Shown piece after piece: positions 30,482 through 39,331 of a stretch of DNA of 64,000 nt (its first letter is position 1; each line of letters begins with the position of its first letter). Source of the stretch: Phycisphaerae bacterium (GTDB lineage Bacteria > Planctomycetota > Phycisphaerae > UBA1845); contig CAXXGO010000006.1 of the NCBI GenBank assembly GCA_963666835.2, positions 128,001 to 192,000 on the forward strand, in the 5' to 3' direction. The notes under the pieces are model-generated. The model was given only the letters and a program-made list of their open reading frames with translations. It was not told the origin of the DNA and ran no database searches. The position numbers and the translations under genes are program-made.

Positions 30482-30562
30482 ATGACTTGGTGGTGGTGGA
30501 TTGCTATTGCTGGTGTGGTTGGATATCTGCTGTACTCGGGGATGTTCACCACGACAGCGTAA
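30482..30562 (+). CDS. 26-aa hydrophobic small protein MTWWWWIAIAGVVGYLLYSGMFTTTA
   Basis: RBS GAAAGGAA; 19/26 identical to the 30243 peptide, same start and stop context. Confidence 0.75.
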   Translation: MTWWWWIAIAGVVGYLLYSGMFTTTA

Positions 30563-31066
30563 ACGCAGCCCGGACCTTGAAGTTCGGACAGACGTTGAGA
30601 AACAACACGGCGAGGGACACGCTGGTCGACCAGGGTGTTTCACTCGCCGTGTTTTTTTCATGGTCGAGGCGCGAGACCTGCCGCGTCCTTTGCGTGATGC
30701 GCGCAGCAGTGTGTTCGCGCGATGACGCACTCCCGGGCGGTCGCGATGCGGGCACAGGCCCTCAATCGCAAATGCCCGGGAAGCCGTTGGGTGTGGTCGA
30801 GGAACGAGACTGGCCGTAGTCTTTGTGTGATCCCGGTAGCCGTCCGTCGGATCTTCGGGACGGATCACGGGCCGGCAACATGGCAGCGGGCGAGGTGGAT
30901 CGTGCTCTTGCGTACCCCTGCGGCGGACCGTACACTTTGTGGTTTGCGCTTTGCAGCGGACGGCATACCCGATAGTCTCAGGTAATGGGGCTGTAGCGGC
31001 GCGGCCTACCGGCGACATGGGGGCGACCGGCGACAGCAACCAGTTAAGAAGGTGGTACAAGACGCG

Positions 31067-32029
31067 ATGACGGCGGAAGCGATTCGGGAGCAGGTCAAGG
31101 CGGGACGGTTTGACGAAGCTCGGCAGGCTCTTGAGGCCATGGGCGAGACTGACGAGAACCGGACTGAGCGATTGTTTCTGCAGGGACGGGTACAGGAAGG
31201 CGAGTATGATCGTAGTGGGGCTCTAGCCACGTACGAAGAGGTGTTGAACCTGGATTCGGAGCACAAGGAAGCCCGTTTTCGGGCCGCGTTGCTTGCAGAC
31301 CTTCTCGGCGACGACGACCGGGCGATCGAGCTCTACGAACGGTGTGTGTCGGACGATTCGGTGCCGGTCAACGCGTTGATCAACCTGGCGGTTCTCTACG
31401 AGGAGAACGGGCAGCTTGGCGACGCGGAGTGGTGCCTCAAGAGCGTGCTGACGACCTACCCAAACCACCGCCGGGCGCGGCATTTTCTCAGTTCCGTCGA
31501 GAGCACCTACACGATGGTGTACGACGAGAAGAGCGTTCGCGATCGCGAGCACCGGTTCGCGGTGATGGACACACCGGTCACCGATTTCGAGTTGAGCGTT
31601 CGCAGCCGCAACTGTCTCAGGCAGATGAACATCCGGACCCTTGGCGATCTGCTCAGAACCACGGAAGCGGAGTTGCTTTCTTACAAGAACTTCGGGGACA
31701 CGTCGCTCAACGAGATCCAGGCGATGTTGCGCCAGAAAGGTTTGCGGTTGGGGCAGGCGATCTCGCCGCTGGACGGCGAGGGCGGTCCGTTCGGGGGGGC
31801 GATTGATCCGATCGGCGCCTCGGCGAACCCTCACTTGAGCAGGCCGGTCTCCGAACTCGAACTTTCCGTACGCTCCCGAAAATGCCTGCAAGCTCTGGGC
31901 ATAACGACCATCGGCGAGTTGATGAAGCGAAGCGAGACCGAGCTGATGGCCTCTAAGAACTTCGGGCAAACGTCACTGGCGGAGATCAAACATCAGCTTT
32001 CCGCGCTGGGGCTGGCTCTCCAACCCTAG
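31067..32029 (+). CDS. TPR protein with two RNA polymerase alpha C-terminal domains
   Basis: TPR helices then two ELSVRSR.CL...I.T.G.L....E.EL...KNFG.TSL.EI motifs; alternative start 31052. Confidence 0.88.
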   Translation: MTAEAIREQVKAGRFDEARQALEAMGETDENRTERLFLQGRVQEGEYDRSGALATYEEVLNLDSEHKEARFRAALLADLLGDDDRAIELYERCVSDDSVPVNALINLAVLYEENGQLGDAEWCLKSVLTTYPNHRRARHFLSSVESTYTMVYDEKSVRDREHRFAVMDTPVTDFELSVRSRNCLRQMNIRTLGDLLRTTEAELLSYKNFGDTSLNEIQAMLRQKGLRLGQAISPLDGEGGPFGGAIDPIGASANPHLSRPVSELELSVRSRKCLQALGITTIGELMKRSETELMASKNFGQTSLAEIKHQLSALGLALQP

Positions 32030-32102
32030 CGGCCCGGCTTCGTAGCGCAGGTCCGGTTCATGGAATGCGATACTCGGCATCGCCGATGCAGGGAGTATTG
32101 AG

Positions 32103-33374
32103 GTGAACCGCATCTTTCCACAACGGCTCGCGCCATTGCTGGGAACCGCCGCGGTTCTGCTTGCTTGGGCAGCACTTACCCATGTCAGATCCGAACCGGT
32201 CGGGACGGAATCAACGGTTGAGCCGCCCCCTCCGGTACGAGACGTTCGGGTCCTACTCGTTCCTAGTACTCGCATGGTCAGGGTGCGGGCCGAAGGACCG
32301 ATCGTCATCGAACCGGTCGAGGGCGAGGGGGCCGCAACGGTCTTCAGCTCATCCGAGTGGGTGAAGATCCGCCCCGGCGCCGGCGGCGGCTTGTCGATCG
32401 CCGACGGCTCCGACCTCGGGCCGGCAGTTGCCATCGCAACCGAGTCACCAGCCGGAATCGCACTGACAACACCCGATTCCCCAGCTAAGGCTGCCAAACG
32501 GCGTTATCCCGGCCGGCTGCTCGTTAGCATCACCGAAGGCAAAAGACTGCGAGTGGTAAATGCCGTCGGCGTGGAGCGATATGTGGCGGGCGTAGTGGCG
32601 GCGGAGGTGTGGCCCACCTTCCACGTGGAAGCCTACCGGGCCCAGGCGATTGCCTCGCGGACTTTCGTGCTTTATCAGATGGAACGCCGCAGGAACGCCT
32701 CTTTCGATGTACGGGCGACGCAGGGCTCCCAAGTCTACACCGGCTTGCGATCTGATCGAGCGGGCCGACAGGCACTGGCGGCAACGGAGTACACTCGGGG
32801 AATCGTATGCACTTGGCGAGACAGCGGTCGAGATCGGCTCTTTTCGACTTACTACAGTGCCGCGTGCGGAGGGGAATCTCAGTCGGCGAGGATCTTCGGA
32901 GAGAACGACGACGTTCCACCGTTGGCCGGCGGCGTAAAATGTGATTATTGCCGCATTGCTCCCGGCAAGACCTACCGCTGGGGTCCGGTGCGATTGAACT
33001 GCGGTGAGGTGCTTAGGAGAATCGTCGCCCGTTATCCGGAATGCTCCTCGCTCGGGGCGATTACCGACATTCGCACGATCGAGCGGACTCCCGGGGGCCG
33101 GGCTATTCGGCTGCGCATCGAAGGAAGCAGCGGGGAGCATCATGAGTTGCTGGCCGAGCACTTCCGGCTGGCCGTCGGGGCAAGCACCATCCGCAGCACC
33201 GATTGTGACATCAAGGTGTCGGGCAGAGACGTGATCTTTGCAAACGGCCGCGGGTTCGGGCACGGGCTGGGTATGTGCCAATGGGGGATGCAGGGGCAGG
33301 CGTTAGAGGGGAAACGCGCGGCGGACATCCTGCGTTACTACTACCCGGGCTCGAAGCTGACCCGCGCGTATTGA
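32103..33374 (+). CDS. SpoIID/LytB domain protein
   Basis: VERYVAGVVAAE, AQAIASRT, SQVY, YYSAACGG, GRGFGHGLGMCQWG, ILRYYYPG. Confidence 0.92.
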   Translation: MNRIFPQRLAPLLGTAAVLLAWAALTHVRSEPVGTESTVEPPPPVRDVRVLLVPSTRMVRVRAEGPIVIEPVEGEGAATVFSSSEWVKIRPGAGGGLSIADGSDLGPAVAIATESPAGIALTTPDSPAKAAKRRYPGRLLVSITEGKRLRVVNAVGVERYVAGVVAAEVWPTFHVEAYRAQAIASRTFVLYQMERRRNASFDVRATQGSQVYTGLRSDRAGRQALAATEYTRGIVCTWRDSGRDRLFSTYYSAACGGESQSARIFGENDDVPPLAGGVKCDYCRIAPGKTYRWGPVRLNCGEVLRRIVARYPECSSLGAITDIRTIERTPGGRAIRLRIEGSSGEHHELLAEHFRLAVGASTIRSTDCDIKVSGRDVIFANGRGFGHGLGMCQWGMQGQALEGKRAADILRYYYPGSKLTRAY

Positions 33375-33390
33375 AGGCCGCTCCGTACGG

Positions 33391-35535
33391 TCAGTCCTGC
33401 ATGAGCCGATCGATGAAGCGCGATAGCCTGCGGTAGATGGTCGTGGCAATCGGTTCGGTTCGACCTTTGAGCCGCACCCGACCGGTCATCCCCTGGCGAA
33501 ACCGCGCGTCGCCCTCGGGTTGAAGATCGATAGTGATCTCAAAATACGGTTCCGCGGCCTCACCGGTCTCCGGATCCACCGCAACATCACCACCGCCGAG
33601 GTGCGTAAACGTGGGTAATCCAACGTAGCGGGTTCCGGCGGGGGTAACTCGTGCGATGACGCCCGCAGTAGTCGAGCCCGCATCAGCGGCACTGCGAAAC
33701 TGGACGGCGTCGCCGGGTTTCGGCTCCACCGCCGCGAGTTGCTCACCCGAGAGAATGACACGAACCTGCCACTTACCGGACGCGATCGTCGCCACCGGCG
33801 CGCCTTCAGGCACATACGAACCCAAGTCGGTATCTCGAAGCGAACTGACGACGACGCCTGACATCGGAGCCCGAACGCGAAGATCCGCGGAGCGGGCGCG
33901 GTGACGGGCGAGGGCCGCTCGATACACCCCGGCGCGATCCTCTTCCTGCATAGCCCGGTCGGGCTCCGCGACCCGGTAAGCATCCCGGCGGATCTCCGCC
34001 GCCCGCAGGTTCGCTTCCGCGCCGGCGATGTCTTCCACATAAAGATCATTGACCAACCGGGCGAGCAGTTCCCCCTCGTCCACCCGCTGGCCGGACTCGA
34101 CCGCGCACTTCTCGAGGAAGCCCGTCGCCCCCGCTCTGACCACCGTTTCGTGCCCGGAACGCAGCACCCCCAAAGCATGCACGCGGCTGGGAACCGGGGC
34201 CAGAATCAACAGCGCCGGCACGACCACCAGAGCGAACACGCCGACCGCCACGGCTCGGACGCGAACCGGAGCCGTCTCCTCCGCGCACCACAGGTATTTT
34301 GTCAGACTCCGCAGGGTGCGAATGATCGTGCCCCCGAGGTACACGACGGCCAGCCCCATGCCGATCACGAACATCTTCATGGCCAGAATGGCTGAAATGC
34401 TCAGCAGCAAAACCATCCGGTAGAGCGTTGCCGCAATCCCAAAAGAGAGCAAAATGCTCCCCAGCCGCCAGCCGACCGGGGCGTCGTCGGATCTGATCCC
34501 CAGCGTCATCCGCTTGAGGATGTTAAGAACGTACCGCGTCGATCGTGCCCTTAAGTTCGGTACCTCCGTCAAGTCGCTGAGGATGTAGTAGCCGTCGAAG
34601 CGCATCAGGGGGTTGATGTTGAAAAGTGCGGTCACCACGCTCGCCAGGAGCATCACGTTGTAGGCCAGGCTGTTGACCACGGAAGGCCCGGTAAACGCCC
34701 AGACGAACACGGCCAGTGCTGCGATCAGGCTTTCAACATACATCCCCCCCAAAGCAACGATAAGCCGTTCCCGCGTGCTCGAAAAGCCCCACGAGGCGGT
34801 GGCGTCGACATAGGCGCAAGGAGTGAACAGAATGAAGAAGATTCCCATTTCCGGAACGTGTCCGCCGAAGTGCTTGCACGCATAGGCGTGGCCGAACTCG
34901 TGAAAGACCTTAAGCACTACGAGGGTGACCCACATCAGGATGAGATTGCGGGTTGCGAGCAGGCCCTGCAGCGGCTCGGTGAGCCGTTCCCAATTGCGGA
35001 TGACGGTTACGCCGGCACAAATGACCAACATCAGCCAGAGGATGAAGAACGCTCTGCTATACAAAGGCCGCGCGAGGCGGACGGTACGCGTGAGAAAGGC
35101 GTCGGGGTTCCAGATGGGCACGCGCAGGAACAGAAACGCCATGAGTCTCGCCCGGCGTTGAGCGTTCTGTCGGGCTTCGTATCGCTGATAGAGCAGTTTA
35201 TCGTCCGATATCGGCAGCCGCAAAAAACCCAGCCGGTGCAGCCCCATGACGAACAGGTAGAAGTGTTCCTCGTCCTTGGGTTCAGCCAGTTCGCTTTCAA
35301 CCAACTCGGCGAAGACTTCTGCCAGAGTGCGGGTCGGGTCTATCCGGACAAGGACATCGTAATCCGCCGGCTCCAACCGCTGGCTTTGGAAGGTGATAGG
35401 GTCGCGCACCACGTAGGCAACTGCGCCGCGAAACAGGTGGCGACTGACCTCGAGGTCTTCGCGGAGGCCCACCCGCACTCCGCCAAGGCGGGAGGCCAGC
35501 GACGGGCTTGCAGATTGCGCGGGTGCGGCACTCAT
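33391..35535 (-). CDS. Site-2 protease (M50) fused to a HlyD/MFP domain
   Basis: HEFGH and NINPLMRFDGY S2P motifs in a multi-TM region, then lipoyl/coiled-coil MFP; ATGA coupling to the upstream gene. Confidence 0.85.
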   Translation of the reverse strand: MSAAPAQSASPSLASRLGGVRVGLREDLEVSRHLFRGAVAYVVRDPITFQSQRLEPADYDVLVRIDPTRTLAEVFAELVESELAEPKDEEHFYLFVMGLHRLGFLRLPISDDKLLYQRYEARQNAQRRARLMAFLFLRVPIWNPDAFLTRTVRLARPLYSRAFFILWLMLVICAGVTVIRNWERLTEPLQGLLATRNLILMWVTLVVLKVFHEFGHAYACKHFGGHVPEMGIFFILFTPCAYVDATASWGFSSTRERLIVALGGMYVESLIAALAVFVWAFTGPSVVNSLAYNVMLLASVVTALFNINPLMRFDGYYILSDLTEVPNLRARSTRYVLNILKRMTLGIRSDDAPVGWRLGSILLSFGIAATLYRMVLLLSISAILAMKMFVIGMGLAVVYLGGTIIRTLRSLTKYLWCAEETAPVRVRAVAVGVFALVVVPALLILAPVPSRVHALGVLRSGHETVVRAGATGFLEKCAVESGQRVDEGELLARLVNDLYVEDIAGAEANLRAAEIRRDAYRVAEPDRAMQEEDRAGVYRAALARHRARSADLRVRAPMSGVVVSSLRDTDLGSYVPEGAPVATIASGKWQVRVILSGEQLAAVEPKPGDAVQFRSAADAGSTTAGVIARVTPAGTRYVGLPTFTHLGGGDVAVDPETGEAAEPYFEITIDLQPEGDARFRQGMTGRVRLKGRTEPIATTIYRRLSRFIDRLMQD

Positions 35536-37433
35536 AACCAGAGACTCATCCGCAGGTAGTCGATGACCCGGTGCAAAGTGATCCACCAGACCGGGCGGGG
35601 ACCGACGTGGATCTTGGCGACCCCCTCCATTCCGGGACGAATCCAACCGGCTTGCGCAGTGAAGTCCGCCTCAGCTATATATGCGTTGCGGCCTTGTCGG
35701 ATTTGGGCTTCCGCCAATACGCGGGCGATACGGAACTCGTGGGTTTCGTCCGGGCGGGCGTAGCCGGCGAACAGCCCGGTCATGGCGGTCGACAGGTCGG
35801 CCGAGGCGGATTCGGCCACCTCCAGCTCCAGCGTCCAATCGCCCAGCGGTGCCACTTCGAAGAAAGGATCGCCGCGGGCCACGACGGAACCGATCGACTT
35901 GCGCAGGTCACCTTTGACGATCACGCCGTCCATGGGGGCTCTCAGAACCGTCTGTTCGATTCGCTGGTTCACGATGTCCAACTTGGCCTGCACGAGGTGC
36001 TGATTAGCCAGCGCCAGTTGCACCTCCACCGGCATGCTCTCGGCCATGGCCCGGTCTTTCGTCCGTTCGAGGACTGCAAGCTCGGCCAGTAGCTCGGTAC
36101 GTTGTTGAACTAGATCTCGGTCATCGAGTCGGCAAAGCACTTGCCCTTGTCTAACGCTATCGCCCTCCAGGACGGACGCGGAGGCGAGCACGCCTTCAAA
36201 CGGGGCGGTTACGTGCCGGATCTGCGCCGGGCGTACGATGCAAGGGACCGTAAGATCGTAGTTGACGGTGCCGAACGCGAACCACGTCACAGCCACCAGG
36301 GCGAGGCCGACCGTGATCTTCCTGCCGAGTCGCCGGGGAGCCATAACGGCCTTGATCGACTCGCCCAGCGAGTCGCAAGCGTGGCGCACGAAACTGCGGG
36401 CCGCCCGATCGGTGAGGCGCAAAGCCGGAACAAACGGCTCGACCCGTTCGCGAACGCTGTCGATCTGTTCGGAGCTGAGCGGGGCGTCGGCCCGTTTTCG
36501 GATGCTTATAACCGCGCAGATTCTCTCCGCTTCGCGCAGGGGAATGGAGACGACGGCGTCGCCCTGGGTGGCGGTGTGCCACTGTTTGTGCAGGCGATAG
36601 CTCTGGCTCATTTGATCTGTAGCCCAGCCGCCTGCACGATCGAAGGCGATCGGAGTGCCGGCATCCAGACACTCCTCCATGGCTCCCCGCAAGTGAACGA
36701 CCCCCGGAGATTGGCGGCGCACGGTATCCATCCCGGAGATGGACACGACCCGAACCCGCCGTCCGACCACTATCCCCAAAGCAACCTGTTCGCAGTCGAG
36801 TTTGTTGCACAGATCGTTGGTGATAGCGAAAGCCAGCTCCTCCATGGTGCGGCACGTAGCCGCCCGAGCAAGTGCGGCACTGGGCGCGGCTGAGCCGGCC
36901 GCCGGACCGGTTGAACCGCCTCCCTGCCCGCCGGATTTGACCAAGCCGGCGGTGTAGGACGCAAACCGAGCCAGAGTCCCGAGCGTGCTTAACCGATCTT
37001 CGACCTCGTCATCGGCGATCGGAACCAGAACCAGGGCTATGGCTCCGATGGGCCGACCGTTGTCATCCACGACGGGAGACGCCAGGTATGCCGCGGTTGT
37101 CCGGTCCGTTCTGGACCTCAATAGCCGTGCCCTCGGCGCCGGCTCCGCCAGTGATTCCGTCAAAAACTGCTGCAGTCCGCTTTTCCAGAAGTTCGGATCC
37201 GTCGAGCCCGTGTGCCAGTCATCTTGAACGACCTCCGCAGCGTAGCTCACATGAATGGCCGCATACGGGCATGCGAAGTAGGCCGCGATGCGGCGAAACG
37301 CATTAGTCAGGAAGCTAATGTGCGATCCGCCGCGCCTTGCCAAGGCGGCAATCTCGACAAAGGGATCGACCAACGCGCCATCGGAAGGCGGCGAAGCCTG
37401 GTCGATCGTTGACGATGTCGGATGCTCAGTCAA
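35532..37433 (-). CDS. GAF-domain HlyD/MFP family adaptor
   Basis: N-terminal GAF-like region(s), one TM, VTAPFEGVL..EGDSVRQGQVL, LRAPMDGVI, RPGMEG; TTG start with RBS GGGAG. Confidence 0.8.
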   Translation of the reverse strand: MTEHPTSSTIDQASPPSDGALVDPFVEIAALARRGGSHISFLTNAFRRIAAYFACPYAAIHVSYAAEVVQDDWHTGSTDPNFWKSGLQQFLTESLAEPAPRARLLRSRTDRTTAAYLASPVVDDNGRPIGAIALVLVPIADDEVEDRLSTLGTLARFASYTAGLVKSGGQGGGSTGPAAGSAAPSAALARAATCRTMEELAFAITNDLCNKLDCEQVALGIVVGRRVRVVSISGMDTVRRQSPGVVHLRGAMEECLDAGTPIAFDRAGGWATDQMSQSYRLHKQWHTATQGDAVVSIPLREAERICAVISIRKRADAPLSSEQIDSVRERVEPFVPALRLTDRAARSFVRHACDSLGESIKAVMAPRRLGRKITVGLALVAVTWFAFGTVNYDLTVPCIVRPAQIRHVTAPFEGVLASASVLEGDSVRQGQVLCRLDDRDLVQQRTELLAELAVLERTKDRAMAESMPVEVQLALANQHLVQAKLDIVNQRIEQTVLRAPMDGVIVKGDLRKSIGSVVARGDPFFEVAPLGDWTLELEVAESASADLSTAMTGLFAGYARPDETHEFRIARVLAEAQIRQGRNAYIAEADFTAQAGWIRPGMEGVAKIHVGPRPVWWITLHRVIDYLRMSLWL

Positions 37434-37479
37434 ACCCCTGGTCTCCCACCCGCAGAAACGGCCGCTCTTCTTGCCAGCG

Positions 37480-37905
37480 CTACTTGAGCGCAGACGCACT
37501 CGTGGTCAGTTCCTCCGGCAGGCAGATCGGCCGGAAGAAGGAGAAACCTGCTTCGAAGGCGTCTTCGCGAATCAGACGGCAGCGTACGCAACGGGCAAAG
37601 GTCAGCGGGAGATCAATCGCCTTGGGGTCGAATTGGAGGCGGTATATATCGCCGACCCGCGGTGGTATCGGGAACAATACACTGCACCCGCCTTCAGAGA
37701 TGTCCCCCGAAATTCCCTTGACCTTGAAAGTAAGAACTTCGCTGGCGTTGCCCGCTTGCAGAATCACCCCGACCTTCACGGCCAGGCGGAAATGAGCGCG
37801 CTGACGCCGAATCTCCTCGGTCGTGTTACGTTCGAGCTCCTGCATCAGGTGAAACGCCTCATCGCTTGTCAGCTTGTTGGGCTGCCCCTCGATGTCATCA
37901 AGCAT
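37480..37905 (-). CDS. PilZ domain protein (c-di-GMP receptor)
   Basis: RAHFR (RxxxR) and DISEGG (DxSxxG) motifs. Confidence 0.85.
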   Translation of the reverse strand: MLDDIEGQPNKLTSDEAFHLMQELERNTTEEIRRQRAHFRLAVKVGVILQAGNASEVLTFKVKGISGDISEGGCSVLFPIPPRVGDIYRLQFDPKAIDLPLTFARCVRCRLIREDAFEAGFSFFRPICLPEELTTSASALK

Positions 37906-37918
37906 GAATACGGGTCCT

Positions 37919-38902
37919 CTACTCGGGTTCGACCTCTCCAGGTAGACCGGCGGTTGCGGAGACGTCTTTGGTCGGCGGCGCGGGGACCAGAGCAATGTCG
38001 TCGGACTTTGGGGGTCTCCGGCCGGGCAAGTCCACGTTTACCTTCAGCCCCGACAGCCATTCCGCGCCCTCGTTGGGTACGTTGATCTTCACTTTGAACG
38101 TCTGACTGGCCCCGTCCGCTACCCGAGATGCCAGCGTTACCGTTCCCCATCTTTGAGACTGATGGAGATCGGCGGTCCGAACCAGAACCTGATCACCGGT
38201 TCGAATGTGCGGGGCGAGATCGATCGGGCAATCCACCAACACCTTGAGAGGGTCGAGTTGGACCAACGTGACGACGCCTTCGCTCTCTTCAACCGTCTCG
38301 CCCACGTATTTGAGTTGCTCCGATACGTAACCCGTAAACGGAGCACGGGCGGAGTACTCCTTGAGAGTCTCTTCCTCGCGCCGATGGGCCAGCACCGCTT
38401 GGTGATGCTCGAACTTGGCCAGCTCGTGCTCGATCCGCGTTGTCTTCTCATCCGAGCGGGCGTCGTTCAGCTCCTTGATAGAAACACTGTGTTTCTTGTT
38501 AAGGGCTTCAAGACGTTCCAGCTCTAATCGAGCCCGCTCCCACAGTGCGGCCGCCAAATCGATGTCCAGAGTCGACTCGGCAGTCGCCCGGGCTATCTCG
38601 GTCTGGGCTCGTTGCACCCCGTCTTCGAGAATGAACACCAAATCGCCCTGGGAAACCGGTTGCCCCTCCGCCACGAGAACCGCTCCGATCCGGCCCGGTT
38701 GGACCGCGGCCAGGGTGGCCTCTTGGTTAGGAGCGGTCATGCCGACCAGCGACCTCCCGGATGGGTGAGAATCGCCCGGAACGTGGTTCTCGCCGCGCGT
38801 GCTTCCGGTGGATCCGACGACGCACACCACCATAGCACCAAATGCGCAAATGCCCGGGCTGCGCCGCGAGATCGCACGAGTTGTCGATCCGGTTCTCACC
38901 AT
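37919..38902 (-). CDS. Efflux RND-type periplasmic adaptor subunit (MFP)
   Basis: VAEGQPVSQGD, ARAPFTGYV, VADGASQTFKVK. Confidence 0.85.
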   Translation of the reverse strand: MVRTGSTTRAISRRSPGICAFGAMVVCVVGSTGSTRGENHVPGDSHPSGRSLVGMTAPNQEATLAAVQPGRIGAVLVAEGQPVSQGDLVFILEDGVQRAQTEIARATAESTLDIDLAAALWERARLELERLEALNKKHSVSIKELNDARSDEKTTRIEHELAKFEHHQAVLAHRREEETLKEYSARAPFTGYVSEQLKYVGETVEESEGVVTLVQLDPLKVLVDCPIDLAPHIRTGDQVLVRTADLHQSQRWGTVTLASRVADGASQTFKVKINVPNEGAEWLSGLKVNVDLPGRRPPKSDDIALVPAPPTKDVSATAGLPGEVEPE

Positions 38903-39331
38903 CGGGACGTCCGATAAACCTCGTCTGCCTGTTCAGGGCAAACCTAGAGCCCATATCTCACCATTAGCTTGTCGGATTCTGCCGTGCTTGCGGTTAGCTC
39001 TGCTTGCGGGATGTCTCTGTCTTGTTGCGCTCGAATTCCCTTGGACGTGTGAGAACGTAGGGATCGCCCGTGACCCGGAACGGGTCGGTCGTTAATGCGA
39101 CACGGACAATCCCGGATGAAGTTGTCGGCTTTTCAGGCGACGTATCGGCTCGCACCGAAGCAAGGTAGGGTGGGCTCTGCCCGACACACGCCTGCCAAGG
39201 CGAACAACCCCGCGCGAGGCGTCGGACGCAGCGCAGTCCGCACATCACAGAGAAGACTCGCTCGTCTCGTCTGCCAAGGTTAGTACCATTCGGCAGAGCC
39301 CGACCTACTTGGCTTGGACGAATGGTGCGGG

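Noticed and set aside
30296..31060. 254-aa minus-strand ORF over the micro-protein region
   Set aside because: Arg/Pro-rich non-protein-like composition; the plus-strand sORFs have RBSs and paralog support
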